DNA from: Candidatus Latescibacterota bacterium
Lineage (GTDB): Bacteria > Latescibacterota > UBA2968 > UBA8231
Direction: 5' to 3'
DNA: 64,000 bases
NCBI GenBank assembly: GCA_965203355.1
Contig: OZ241889.1
Span: forward strand, 2,464,001-2,528,000
Shown here: one piece after another, positions 1 through 10,026 of the stretch
Numbering within the stretch: position 1 is the stretch's first letter
Layout: the number at the start of each line of letters is the position of its first letter
Position numbers and translations under genes: made by a program
Notes under the pieces: model-generated
Told to the model about the DNA's origin: nothing
What the model saw: the letters and a program-made list of their open reading frames with translations, nothing else
Databases searched by the model: none

Positions 1-183
1 AACGCAATGTTGGCAATGCCTCGGCTGCCGACGGAGATGGCAATGGTCTCGCCGGGATTGATTTTGGGGCCTAAGTCGAGGCGTTGTACTTCGGCGCGCA
101 CGGCCGCGGGAATGTCCTCAATGGTCGGCGCGGAAAAAAGCTGGCGGACGCGGAACATGCGAGGCAGGGACATGGTGGACCTC

Positions 184-1335
184 CTAAATGGCTCGTTGGA
201 AGATGATTTCGAGATCGCGTTGGGTGGTCTTGCGCGGGTTGACGGCGATATTGCCGCTCTGCATGGCAATGCGCGCCATCGTGGAGATGCGGGCCGTATC
301 GACGCCGACGTCTCCCAACTTGGCGGGGATGCCTAAGTCGGCATTGATATGCCGCACGGCGACCATGGCGGCGTGCGCGGCTTGGCGTTGATCTAAGCCG
401 GAGATACGGACGCCGAGTGCTTCGGCGATGGCGGCAAATTTGCCCGGGCAAGCAAACCAATTGAACTCCATGACATAGGGTAGCAAGATAGCGTTGAGCA
501 GCCCGTGATGCACGTGGTAGTGCGCGCCGACCGGATGGGACATGGCGTGGACATTGCCGAGGCGCGTTTGCGAAAAGGCGACGCCGGCCAGCATACTGGC
601 GATGAGCATGTTTTCGGTGGCGGCTAGCGCGTGGTCGTTGGCGCAGGCTAGGCGCAGATTGTCGCCGATGAGGCCAATGGCGTGCAATGCAATGCCGGCG
701 GTGATGGGGGTGGCCGTCAGATTGATATACGATTCGAGCGCGTGCGTCAGGGCGTCCATGCCAGTGGCTGCGCCGACGAGGGCAGGCAGGGCGAGCGAAA
801 GCTCAGGGTCGAGGACGCCGACTTGGGGCGCGATCTTCCAGCTAATGACCGGGTCTTTGTTGCCGCTGGCGGGATTGTCCAGCACGGCGAAGGGCGTGAC
901 CTCGCTGGCGGTGCCGTAGGTTGTAGGGACGCAGACGAGACAGGGCAGCTCGTTTTTGACTTTGTCGCTGCCGAGGTAATGGGTGATGCGTCCGTTGTTG
1001 GACGCGAGGACGCCGATCATCTTGGCCACGTCCATGGGCGAGCCCCCGCCGAGGCCGATGATGGCGGTGCAGCGTTCTCGGCGGTACGCCTCGGCTCCAT
1101 CTTCGACGGATTCTTGGGTCGGCTCACTTGAACCGTCTTTGAGATAGACGGCATGAGGGATGCGGCCGAGCGCGGCGGCGACTGCTTCTACGGTGCCGAT
1201 TTCTTCTAAGACCTGATCGGAGACGATCAGGACTTTGTCGGCTAGTGAGAAGCAATCGGCCAAGCAGGCGATAGACCCGGGGCCGTGGACGATGCGGGTG
1301 GGATGGCGGAAGTCAAAGTGGGTTTGCAAGGGCAT
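184..1335 (-). CDS. Iron-containing alcohol dehydrogenase
   Basis: GLGGGSPMDVAK, PTTYGTASE, GMDALTHALESY and HAMSH..HG motifs of Fe-ADH. Start moved to MPLQTHF (1335). Confidence 0.92.
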   Translation of the reverse strand: MPLQTHFDFRHPTRIVHGPGSIACLADCFSLADKVLIVSDQVLEEIGTVEAVAAALGRIPHAVYLKDGSSEPTQESVEDGAEAYRRERCTAIIGLGGGSPMDVAKMIGVLASNNGRITHYLGSDKVKNELPCLVCVPTTYGTASEVTPFAVLDNPASGNKDPVISWKIAPQVGVLDPELSLALPALVGAATGMDALTHALESYINLTATPITAGIALHAIGLIGDNLRLACANDHALAATENMLIASMLAGVAFSQTRLGNVHAMSHPVGAHYHVHHGLLNAILLPYVMEFNWFACPGKFAAIAEALGVRISGLDQRQAAHAAMVAVRHINADLGIPAKLGDVGVDTARISTMARIAMQSGNIAVNPRKTTQRDLEIIFQRAI

Positions 1336-1638
1336 GGACAATCCTCTGCGTACAGGGGAGGAAAAGTAGCTAGCGTACATTGTTGCTGTCAAGGTAACTG
1401 GCGGGGGTGGGGTGGATAGCTAAACATAACCCTGCGCGTAGTCGCCCGTGCCCCCAAAGCGGTCGAGTGCGCCATCTGCCGGGGTAAGGCTGGCGTAGGA
1501 TGGAAGTGCCCGGTTAGTACGCCGTTTGCCGCTGCTGGATAGATTGACAAGTTTAGGGAAACAAATAGATTGAGACCTAGATAAAAATCCCCCCTAACGG
1601 ATCGGAATTACAAGGATCCTTTTGAGGAGTTAGGTCAA

Positions 1639-2373
1639 ATGAAAAGATACTGGTTTTTAGCGGTCGGCACCTTGCTGATTTTAACACTCGCGGCCTGTGA
1701 TGTGAATATTGCCTCGGAGGTATTATCGTCCCCAGCCGTTGACAAAACTATCCATGTAAGCGGCAGTGGTTCGGTTACTGGCGAACCAGATATTGCAACG
1801 CTCGATTTAGGGGTGTCTGTTGAGAAAGCGACCGTTGCAGAGGCACGTGAAGAGGCTGCGAGTGCGATGACAAGGTTAATAAATTCTCTGCAAGCAAACG
1901 ACGTGGCTGAAAAAGACATTAAAACGGAGAATTTCAGTATCTACCCCCAATACGACTATGTAGAAAACGTCCTCGTACTGCGTAGTTACAGAGTAAACAA
2001 CACCGTTAAGGCGAAAGTCCGAGATTTGGCAACCCTCAGTGATGTCATAGATGATGCGGCCTCTGCGGGGGGGAATAGCATCGTTATTAACGCGATCCAA
2101 TTTATGATTGATGATACTACACCATTACAAACCGAGGCCCGTAGTTTGGCCGTAAAGGATGCCGAAGCGAAAGCACAAACCTTAGCGGAAGCAAGTGGTG
2201 TCAGGCTGGGAGAACCTATTACCATCACTGAAAGTACCTATCTGGCCGGTTCGCCCATTCCGTTTGCAATGGCAGAAGCCGACTTCGATGATGCCGCGCG
2301 TACTACCACCCCCATTGCCCCCGGCGAACTCGCCGTCACCGTGACTGTCACTGTGGTCTATGCAATTGAGTGA
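1639..2373 (+). CDS. SIMPL (DUF541) domain lipoprotein
   Basis: IHVSGSGSVTGEPDIATLDLGV and AVKDAEAKAQTLAEASGVRLG are SIMPL-like. LAAC lipobox; GAGGAG RBS; visibly lower GC than neighbours. Confidence 0.85.
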   Translation: MKRYWFLAVGTLLILTLAACDVNIASEVLSSPAVDKTIHVSGSGSVTGEPDIATLDLGVSVEKATVAEAREEAASAMTRLINSLQANDVAEKDIKTENFSIYPQYDYVENVLVLRSYRVNNTVKAKVRDLATLSDVIDDAASAGGNSIVINAIQFMIDDTTPLQTEARSLAVKDAEAKAQTLAEASGVRLGEPITITESTYLAGSPIPFAMAEADFDDAARTTTPIAPGELAVTVTVTVVYAIE

Positions 2374-2639
2374 AATTCTGTCTCGCCACTCTCTAATGCA
2401 CAAACGCTACAAAGTTCCTTAGCAGGAATCTGAGATTCCGCTGGTGTTCGCGGAAGTAGGCGCTAGCGATCTGGGGCTGTCGTCTGGTGCGATGGTCTAG
2501 GGCCGCTCTATTTCGCCGGTCCGCCCGTCGATGTAGCTCGATCCGATCTCCCGTAAGTTCCTGCAAGGTTTCCTATACATTAGCTCTCGGCCCTACGCTC
2601 TGCTATCGTTGCCGATGTCAAAACAATCGACAAGCGCAA

Positions 2640-2945
2640 TTAGGCCAAGAGGCGTGTAATCTCATCCACCGGAAAAGTGGGCAATGGCGTCCGTTGGCCG
2701 TTGCGGCTTAGCTGAAGAGGGCGCACCGTGCCGATGCGGGCGACCGCTATGTTGGCGTCTTGCCGGGCCGCGAGGATGGCATCGGCGGAATCGGCTGTGC
2801 AGCCGATCAGTAGTGCATCCGAGGAGATCGAGTTCAAAGGCCGCCCAGAGATCCGCTGTGGCCGAATCAATGGGCCGCGCATGGCAGTCGATTTCTGCGC
2901 CCACAGCGGGTATAGGCGTCGAGCAGACGGCTTAGTTCATGTCGC
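2640..2945 (-). pseudogene. C-terminal remnant of an AIR-synthase/HypE-like protein, frameshifted
   Basis: Fragments in different frames read HELS / VGAEID..PID.AT.DL.AAFELD / PLNSISSDALLIGC..A.AILAA..ANIAVARIGTV..PLPTFPVDEITRL. No N-terminal half is present. Confidence 0.6.
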
Positions 2946-2956
2946 TGGATAGGTGT

Positions 2957-4486
2957 TCACTGGGTGTAGAAAGCGACGATGGCTTGGACGAGCGCGGGGA
3001 TGCTGCTCTCGCTGGGCTGCACGTGAACGGCAAACCCGAGTTGGCGCACGGCTTCAGCCGTGGTGGGGCCGATGCAGGCGATGTGGGTGCGGGCGAATAC
3101 GGCCTCGGCGCGTTCTGGCCCTAGTACCTGCTGAAAATTGTGGACGCTGGAAGGGCTGGCGAAGACGAGGAGGTCGAGTTTGTTCTCGGCTAGTGCGGCC
3201 GGGAGTTCGATTTGGTCTGGCAGGCGATTTACGTACGTCGTCAAATGGTGAACTTGGGCACCGCGTGCGGCGAGCGTGTCGGCGAGTTCAGTGCGGCCAA
3301 TGGAAGAAGCTGGCAAGAGGATCTCCTGGCCGGTCATCTCAAATGCAGCAAAGGTGCTGGCTAGCGAGGCCTGCGATTGGCGCGGGGGCACGAGGTCGGG
3401 GACTAAGCCGTGTTGGCGCAGCACGGAGGCCGTAGCTAAGCCGACGGCCGCTATGCGCGTATGGGCAAAGGCCCGGGCGTCGAGGCCGCGCTGATAGAGC
3501 CGGTCGCAGAAGAAGGCTACACTGTTGGGACTGGTGAAGACGACCCAAGCCGCGTTCCCAAGCCGGTCTTGGGCCGCATCCACAGCCGTCCAGTCGTCAG
3601 GTGGACCGATGTGCAGGAGAGGCAGCGTCGATACGGCGGCCCCTTCGGCTTCGAGGCGTTGCTGGAGGGAACCGGCCTGTTCGCGGCTCCGGGTGACGAG
3701 TAAGCGGCGACCAAAGAGCGGTTTGCTCTCAAACCAATTGAGCTCTTGGCGCAACGCGACGACTGGGCCGATTGCGATGAGGGCTGGCGAGCGGATTTGC
3801 TGGGCTGAGGCGCGGGCCGGCAGGTATTGAAGATCGGCGACGACCGTGCGCTGGTCGGGCCAAGTGCCCCATTCGATGGCTGCGGCCAGCGTCGAAGCCG
3901 GTCGGCCCCGAGCGACGAGATGCTGGCATATACGGGCGATCTGGCGGACGGCCATGAAGATGACAAGAGTGCCGTCAAAGGTCGCTAGCTGATCCCAGTT
4001 GATGGCCGCGTCGGGCTTGGCCGGATCCTCGTTGCCAGTGACCAGCAGGGCGGCCGAGGCCATGCCGCGATGGGTCAGGGGGATACCCGCGTAGGCCAAG
4101 ACGCCAGAGGCCGCAGAGACACCAGAGACGATTTCAAAGGGAATGCCAGCTTGGCGCAGGTGCAGGGCCTCTTCGCCGCCGCGGCCGAAGATGAAAGGGT
4201 CGCCGCCTTTGAGACGGACGACGACGCGACCTTGGCGCGCGCGATCGACGAGGAGCGCGTGGATCGCGTCTTGAGAGGGGTTTTTGCGGCCGCCGCGTTT
4301 GCCGACCGCGATTTGCTCGCATGTGTTGGGTACTAGGTCGAGCAAGCGGTTGTCGAGGAGGTCGTCGTACAGGACGACGTCGGCCTCGCGCAGATAGCGC
4401 AGGCCCTTGAGGGTCAGCAGGCCGGGGTCGCCGGGGCCCGCTCCGACGATGTACACCGTGCCCGGAGTGGCATATGCGGCGGACAT
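2957..4486 (-). CDS. cobA: Uroporphyrinogen-III C-methyltransferase / synthase (CobA-HemD fusion)
   Basis: VYIVGAGPGDPGLLTLKG and RLKGGDPFIFGRGGEE, then a HemD domain (LLVTRSREQA, FTSPNSV, FASPSSV). ATG overlaps the hemC stop. Confidence 0.93.
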   Translation of the reverse strand: MSAAYATPGTVYIVGAGPGDPGLLTLKGLRYLREADVVLYDDLLDNRLLDLVPNTCEQIAVGKRGGRKNPSQDAIHALLVDRARQGRVVVRLKGGDPFIFGRGGEEALHLRQAGIPFEIVSGVSAASGVLAYAGIPLTHRGMASAALLVTGNEDPAKPDAAINWDQLATFDGTLVIFMAVRQIARICQHLVARGRPASTLAAAIEWGTWPDQRTVVADLQYLPARASAQQIRSPALIAIGPVVALRQELNWFESKPLFGRRLLVTRSREQAGSLQQRLEAEGAAVSTLPLLHIGPPDDWTAVDAAQDRLGNAAWVVFTSPNSVAFFCDRLYQRGLDARAFAHTRIAAVGLATASVLRQHGLVPDLVPPRQSQASLASTFAAFEMTGQEILLPASSIGRTELADTLAARGAQVHHLTTYVNRLPDQIELPAALAENKLDLLVFASPSSVHNFQQVLGPERAEAVFARTHIACIGPTTAEAVRQLGFAVHVQPSESSIPALVQAIVAFYTQ

Positions 4487-5394
4487 TAAGGCTCCAGCAA
4501 CAGGGCGTCGGCACCTTGGGCGCGCAGGGCATCGGCAAGGGTGTCGGCAAGAGCTGCGGTACAGGTGGGAGCGGCGCGCAGTTCGGCGCGCAGCAATTGA
4601 ATGCCTTCGGGATGGCCGACCAAGCCGTCGAGTGCTAGGAGGTCGCCCTCCATGCGGCCCCAAGTGCCAATGGGTGCGTGACACCCAGCGCGTAGAGCGT
4701 GTAGCAAATGGCGCTCGGCTTGCACTGCGACTAGGGTCCGGGGGTGGTTGAGGGCTGCGACGGCGGCCCGTGCGGGGTGGTCGCCGCGCATTTGCAGCCC
4801 TAAAGCACCTTGGCCGGGGGCGGGCAGAACCTGATCCAAGGGCAGATAGCAGCCGATGCGCTCCTGCCAGCCGAGGCGGTTGAGCCCGGCAACGGCCAAG
4901 ATGACGGCATCGCATTCGCCGCGCATGGCCTTGTTGATGCGGGTGTCTAGATTGCCGCGGATATCTAGGATGTTTAGGTCGGGCCGCAGCGCCTTGAGTT
5001 GGGCGCGACGGCGCAGGCTGCCCGTGCCCACTCGTGCGCCATCCGGCAAGTCGGCTAGTGAAGATATGCCGGGGCCGACGAGGGCATCGCGCACATCTTC
5101 GCGCTCGGGGATGGCGACCAAGGCGAGGTCTGAGTGCATCTGGGTTGGCAGGTCTTTCAGGCTGTGAACCGCTAGGTCAATATGCCCATCCAACAGGGCG
5201 CATTCGAGGGCTTTGGTAAAAACGCCCGGGTCCCCCCCCCAACTGCGTAGCGAACCTGTCGTCGCGTCGCCAGTGGTGCGGATGGGTGCGATCTCAAGGT
5301 CTAGCCCGCCGTGCCGTGCTAAGAGACGGTCGCGGACTTCGCGGGCTTGGACGCGGGCAAGTTGGCTACTGCGACTGCCGAGGACGAGTTTCAC
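4486..5394 (-). CDS. hemC: Porphobilinogen deaminase
   Basis: GSRSSQLA, AVHSLKDLP, GTGSLRRRAQL, IRGNLDTR, PAPGQGAL. GTG start inferred. Confidence 0.95.
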   Translation of the reverse strand: MKLVLGSRSSQLARVQAREVRDRLLARHGGLDLEIAPIRTTGDATTGSLRSWGGDPGVFTKALECALLDGHIDLAVHSLKDLPTQMHSDLALVAIPEREDVRDALVGPGISSLADLPDGARVGTGSLRRRAQLKALRPDLNILDIRGNLDTRINKAMRGECDAVILAVAGLNRLGWQERIGCYLPLDQVLPAPGQGALGLQMRGDHPARAAVAALNHPRTLVAVQAERHLLHALRAGCHAPIGTWGRMEGDLLALDGLVGHPEGIQLLRAELRAAPTCTAALADTLADALRAQGADALLLEP

Positions 5395-5421
5395 GGGATG
5401 CGGCCATAGGGCATATATAGA

Positions 5422-5458
5422 GCAAGGGAAGATTCCCCCAGTGGAAATCTTCCCTTGC
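5422..5458 (-). terminator. Stem-loop downstream of glnA
   Basis: Perfect 13-bp stem GCAAGGGAAGATT / AATCTTCCCTTGC between glnA and hemC. Confidence 0.65.
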
Positions 5459-5487
5459 CCCAAGTACCATTTGTATTTTTGGTTTTT

Positions 5488-6978
5488 TTAGACGTCGTAG
5501 TATAGGGCGAACTCATAGGGGTGGGGCCGCAATTGGATGGCCTTGACCTCCTCGGTGCGCTTGTAGTCGATCCAGGCGTCGATCAGGTCCTCGGAGAACA
5601 CCTCGCCCTGCAAGAGAAAGTCCCGGTCTTGCGCCAAGTGGTCCAACGACTCCTCCAACGACCCGGCCGTCTGCGGCACGCCGGCGCGCTCCTCAGCCGA
5701 CAAGTCATACAGATTCTTGTCCAACGGCGGGCCCGGGTCCAACTGCCGCTCGATGCCATCCAACCCCGCCATCAACATCGCCGCCAGCGCCAAGTAGATG
5801 TTGCACGACGCATCTGGACAACGGAACTCCACCCGCTTGCTTTTGGGACTGGGCGAATACATCGGAATGCGCACCGACGCGCTGCGGTTGCGCTGCGAAT
5901 AGGCCAAGTTGACCGGTGCTTCGTAGCCGGGCACCAGCCGCTTGTAGGAGTTGGTCGTCGGATTGGTAAACGCCAACAGCGCTGGCGCATGGTGCAGCAG
6001 GCCGCCGATGTAGTGCAAGGCCATCGAACTCAGCCCGGCATAGCCGCTGCCAGCAAACAGCGGCTTATTGCCCTGCCACAGGCTCTGGTGGGTGTGCATG
6101 CCCGTGCCATTGTCCTCAAACAGCGGCTTGGGCATGAACGTGGCGGTCTGGCCGTGCTGCCGCGCCACATTCTTGACGATATACTTATACATCATCATCC
6201 GGTCGCCGCACTGCAACAGCGGACAAAAGCGAATGTCGATCTCGCCTTGGCCGGCAGTGCCGACCTCGTGATGGTGAATCTCCACGTCGATGCCGCAGGC
6301 GATCATGGTCTGCACCATCTCGGTGCGGAGGTCGTGCAGCGAATCGGTGGGGGGCACCGGGAAGTAGCCGCCCTTGTAATCGGGCTTGTAGCCGAGGTTG
6401 GCTCCGTCGGCACCGCTGTTCCAGCGGCCTTCCTGCGAGTCGATTTCGTAGAAGCCCTTATGGGGTTGCTGGTCGAAGCGGATGGCGTCGAAGATGAAAA
6501 ACTCGGCTTCGGGGCCGAAATAGGCGGTGTCGGCCAGTCGGGTGCGCTGCAGGTAGGCTTGGGCGCGCTGGGCGACGCCGCGGGGGTCGCGGGCATAGGG
6601 CTGTCGGGTGATGGGGTCTTCAATAGAGCAAACAAGCGACAGAGTGGGCACCTCGGTGAACGGGTCCATGACGGCGGTGGTCGGGTCGGGCAGGACGAGC
6701 ATGTCGGACTCGTTGATGGCCTGCCAGCCGCGAATGGACGAACCGTCGAAGCCGAGGCCGTCTTCAAACAGGTCAGGTGTCAAGCCGGTGCTGGGCATGG
6801 TAAAGTGCTGCCAGGTGCCCGGCAGATCGACGAACTTGAAATCGACCATCTGCGCTTGGTGCTGCCGGGCTAACGCCAAGGCCGCGTCAATAGCACTGGC
6901 TTGGGACGACTTCGGCTTGGCTTTGGTTTTAGCTTTGGCTTTGGTTTTAGCTTTGGTTGCTGCCTTGGCTTTGGCCAT
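5488..6978 (-). CDS. glnA: Glutamine synthetase type I
   Basis: [41 protein letters not shown], adenylylation-site-like KNLYDL. Carries a Lys/Ala-rich N-terminal extension. Confidence 0.97.
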   Translation of the reverse strand: MAKAKAATKAKTKAKAKTKAKPKSSQASAIDAALALARQHQAQMVDFKFVDLPGTWQHFTMPSTGLTPDLFEDGLGFDGSSIRGWQAINESDMLVLPDPTTAVMDPFTEVPTLSLVCSIEDPITRQPYARDPRGVAQRAQAYLQRTRLADTAYFGPEAEFFIFDAIRFDQQPHKGFYEIDSQEGRWNSGADGANLGYKPDYKGGYFPVPPTDSLHDLRTEMVQTMIACGIDVEIHHHEVGTAGQGEIDIRFCPLLQCGDRMMMYKYIVKNVARQHGQTATFMPKPLFEDNGTGMHTHQSLWQGNKPLFAGSGYAGLSSMALHYIGGLLHHAPALLAFTNPTTNSYKRLVPGYEAPVNLAYSQRNRSASVRIPMYSPSPKSKRVEFRCPDASCNIYLALAAMLMAGLDGIERQLDPGPPLDKNLYDLSAEERAGVPQTAGSLEESLDHLAQDRDFLLQGEVFSEDLIDAWIDYKRTEEVKAIQLRPHPYEFALYYDV

Positions 6979-7028
6979 GACAATTCCTTTCTCGCGCCAA
7001 CTTTAAGGTGGTTAAAAACAAAAGTTAA

Positions 7029-7057
7029 ATAGTACGATTCTGTAAATCGGCTGTCAA
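7029..7057 (-). promoter_or_regulatory. sigma70-type promoter of glnA
   Basis: Minus strand reads TTGACA-N17-TACTAT. Confidence 0.65.
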
Positions 7058-7076
7058 GCAAGCCGAGCCGCGAGTC

Positions 7077-7105
7077 TTGACAAGCAATCGGTGGCTTTTA
7101 TTATA
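7077..7105 (+). promoter_or_regulatory. sigma70-type promoter of the hrcA operon
   Basis: TTGACA followed 16-18 nt later by TATTAT/TTATAT. Confidence 0.5.
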
Positions 7106-7170
7106 TCTCAGAGCCTCAGAGAACCTCAGTACTTATCTGGCGTTTATGCCGCTGGAGATGCTTTCCGGCC

Positions 7171-8196
7171 ATGGCCACTAGCCCACTATCCAAACGCGAA
7201 ATCCAAGTTCTGCTTGCCTTGGTCAAAGCCCACGTCGCCCTTGGCGTTCCGGTTGGCTCACGGACGTTGAACCAGCGCGAGGACCTAGGCGTCAGTTCGG
7301 CTACCATACGGAATACCTTAGCCTCTTTAGAGGAAAAGGGCTTTGTTGCCCAGCCCCATGTCTCGGCGGGCCGCATCCCCTCTGAAAAGGGCTACCGATT
7401 CTACGTGCAGCGCTGCATGGCCATGGCCGACACGGGCTCGGATGAGGCTGAGATCACCCTGCGGCAGCAGCTAGAGGCCGCACAACAAGAGGGCGATTAC
7501 GAGGCGATCCTGCATCAACTGGCGAGGACCATCGGCGACCTGTCGAACCAACTTGGGTTGGTTTTGGCCCCGCGCTTCAACCAAGGTGTCTTTCACAAGT
7601 TGGAGCTTTGGCACTTGGGGCAGCGCCGCCTGTTGCTGGTCGTCACGATCCGCGGCGGCCTGACAAAGAGCTTGATGATCGAGGTAGATTGCGCGGTGTC
7701 GCAGCGCGATTTAGAGACCCTGAGTCGGCTTTTTAACGAGCGCTTACACGGGTTGACGATGGCTGAAATCCAAAACGCGGTCGAGGCGCGCATAGCCGAG
7801 TTAGGGCCCGTCCCGCGGCCAGTGGTGGAGGCCATCGTAGGTCACATCGAAGGCTTGGCTATCACGCGCGGTGCTGACCTCCACATCTCGGGGACTCGCA
7901 ATCTCTGTCTAAAGCCCGAATTTGACGATCCGATCTACGTGGCTGGTTTGGTCGACTTATTAGAAAAAAAGGACCTCCTCGCCCAGCTTATGAGCGAGCG
8001 GCGTGGCGTGGTCATCACCATTGGCTCCGAGCACCGGCCGCGGGCGATGGGGCGATGCAGTATGGTGACGTCCAGTTATGAGGTTGCCGGCGCGAGCGGC
8101 GTGATCGGCGTAATCGGCCCGACGCGCATGCCTTATAGATTCTTGGTGAACCTGGTCAATTACGCGGCTTCCCGAGCGGCCGATTTGATCTGCTGA
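7171..8196 (+). CDS. hrcA: Heat-inducible transcription repressor
   Basis: PVGSRTL, VSSATIRN, QPHVSAGRIPSEKGYRFYV, GVIGPTRMPY. Confidence 0.95.
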   Translation: MATSPLSKREIQVLLALVKAHVALGVPVGSRTLNQREDLGVSSATIRNTLASLEEKGFVAQPHVSAGRIPSEKGYRFYVQRCMAMADTGSDEAEITLRQQLEAAQQEGDYEAILHQLARTIGDLSNQLGLVLAPRFNQGVFHKLELWHLGQRRLLLVVTIRGGLTKSLMIEVDCAVSQRDLETLSRLFNERLHGLTMAEIQNAVEARIAELGPVPRPVVEAIVGHIEGLAITRGADLHISGTRNLCLKPEFDDPIYVAGLVDLLEKKDLLAQLMSERRGVVITIGSEHRPRAMGRCSMVTSSYEVAGASGVIGVIGPTRMPYRFLVNLVNYAASRAADLIC

Positions 8197-8250
8197 CGAA
8201 TTTTTGTCCCAATCCATATCCCAATCACAGTTCACAGTTAAGAGTAAGGA

Positions 8251-8862
8251 GTGTCGATGAGCGAGCGCGAAACTCAGGACCACGTCGGCGTGGAAGAGGC
8301 GAGCGCCGAGGGTCCTGTCGAGTCGCAGGACGAAGCAGCCGACCCATGCGAACAAGCAGCGGCGGAATCGCAAGAAACAGCCGCAGAATCACAGGACGAA
8401 GGGCTGGCCGAACTCGAGGCCGTGCGCGCTGAGGCGGCGGCTAATTACGACCGCTATGTGCGGGCGGTCGCTGAGTTGGATAACTACCGCAAGCGCACGG
8501 TGCGGATGCGCGCGGAAGCTCGGGACGAGATTTTGCGCGATATTTTGTTGCAAGTCGCGCCCATCTTGGACAACTTGCGCCGCGCCCTTGGCCAAGAGAC
8601 CCAAGAAGCCGAGTCGCTCAAGCAGGGCGTCGAATTGATCTGTGGCCAGTTCAACGACGTTCTCAAAGGCTATGGACTAGCCGAGATCGAAGCACTGGGC
8701 CAGCCTTTTGACCCCGAAGTCCACGAGGCCCTAGCGGAGGTCCCAGATGACGAGTACGCTCCTGGTACGGTCATTGAGGAGATGGAAAAGGGCTACAAAC
8801 TCAACGACAAGGTAGTTCGTTGTGCGCGCGTCGTCGTCAGTAAGGCACGCGCGGAGAACTGA
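8251..8862 (+). CDS. grpE: Nucleotide exchange factor
   Basis: RAVAELDNYRKR, FDPEVHEA, KGYKLNDKVVR. Lies after hrcA. Confidence 0.95.
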   Translation: MSMSERETQDHVGVEEASAEGPVESQDEAADPCEQAAAESQETAAESQDEGLAELEAVRAEAAANYDRYVRAVAELDNYRKRTVRMRAEARDEILRDILLQVAPILDNLRRALGQETQEAESLKQGVELICGQFNDVLKGYGLAEIEALGQPFDPEVHEALAEVPDDEYAPGTVIEEMEKGYKLNDKVVRCARVVVSKARAEN

Positions 8863-8871
8863 GGAACCAGC

Positions 8872-10014
8872 ATGTCCAAAAGGGACTACTACGAAGTACT
8901 GGGCGTCGAGCGAGACGCCAGCGAAAGCGCGATCAAAGGAGCTTACCGCAAGAAGGCGCTGAAGTACCATCCCGATCGCAATCCCGGAGACGCCGCGGCT
9001 GAGGAGCAATTCAAGGAGGCATCCGAAGCATACGAAGTGCTTTCAGATCCTGAGAAGAAAGCCGCGTATGATCGCTACGGGCACGCCGGCGTTGAGGAAA
9101 ATTTCGGGCGCGGTGGCTTTCAGTGGTCGGATTTTACGCACGCGGGCGATTTTCAAGATATTTTCGGCGACATTTTCGAGAACTTCTTTGGCGGGGGGCG
9201 GCGGTCGCGCGGGGGATCGGCGAAGCCAAAAGGCCGCGATTTGAAGATTAAGGTGGCCTTGACGCTAGAAGAGATCGCCACAGGCGTGGAAAAGAACATC
9301 GCCTTGACGCGCTTGCAGCGCTGCAAACGCTGCGATGGAACCGGCGCGGCTAGTGGAGCGGACCGCAAGGCCTGCGGCACTTGCGGTGGGCAGGGCCAAG
9401 TGCAACAGATGGCGCGCACCCTCTTTGGTCCGTCCATGACCGTGGTGACGTGTCCGGCCTGCGAAGGGGAAGGACAGATTGTGTCCAATCCCTGTCCAGC
9501 GTGCCGAGGCGAGGGCCGCGAGCGCGGCCAAACGACTTTGACCGTGCGCATTCCCGCGGGCGTTCAAGAAGGCAACTACATTCCATTGCGCGGCCAAGGC
9601 GAGGTCGGGCCCCGCGGAGGACCGGCCGGCGATTGCTTGGTTTTTATAGAAGAAAAAGAGCATGACTACTTTATCCGCGATGGCAACCACGTGATCTACC
9701 GATTGCCTTTGGGGTTTGCCCAAGCTGCATTAGGCGCGGAAGTAGAGGTCCCGACCTTGTCTGGCAAGGCCCTGTTGAAGATCCCCGCTGGCACCCAATC
9801 AGGGCGCGTCTTCCGCATGGGTGGCCGGGGCATTCCAGATGTCAATGGGCGCGGCGTTGGCGATCAGCTAGTCGAGGTCGTCTTGTGGACTCCCGAGGGG
9901 CTCAGCCGACGGGAGCGCGCGCTTTTCGCGGACTTGGCCGAGCTCGAAAAAGAGCGCGTGGCCAAAGAGGGCGAAGGCTTCTTTGCCCAAGTGCGCAAGG
10001 CCTTTGGCTCCTAA
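8872..10014 (+). CDS. dnaJ: Chaperone DnaJ
   Basis: J-domain with HPD and four CxxCxGxG motifs. Confidence 0.97.
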   Translation: MSKRDYYEVLGVERDASESAIKGAYRKKALKYHPDRNPGDAAAEEQFKEASEAYEVLSDPEKKAAYDRYGHAGVEENFGRGGFQWSDFTHAGDFQDIFGDIFENFFGGGRRSRGGSAKPKGRDLKIKVALTLEEIATGVEKNIALTRLQRCKRCDGTGAASGADRKACGTCGGQGQVQQMARTLFGPSMTVVTCPACEGEGQIVSNPCPACRGEGRERGQTTLTVRIPAGVQEGNYIPLRGQGEVGPRGGPAGDCLVFIEEKEHDYFIRDGNHVIYRLPLGFAQAALGAEVEVPTLSGKALLKIPAGTQSGRVFRMGGRGIPDVNGRGVGDQLVEVVLWTPEGLSRRERALFADLAELEKERVAKEGEGFFAQVRKAFGS

Positions 10015-10026
10015 GAGTAGGTACCC

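Noticed and set aside
4487-4915. N-terminal extension of the 652-aa cobA ORF
   Set aside because: It overlaps hemC in another frame; the true start is MSAAYAT at 4486.
5521-6873. 450-aa plus-strand ORF, and many other long antisense or alternate-frame ORFs
   Set aside because: Shadows of real genes (here glnA) in GC-rich DNA; no motifs.
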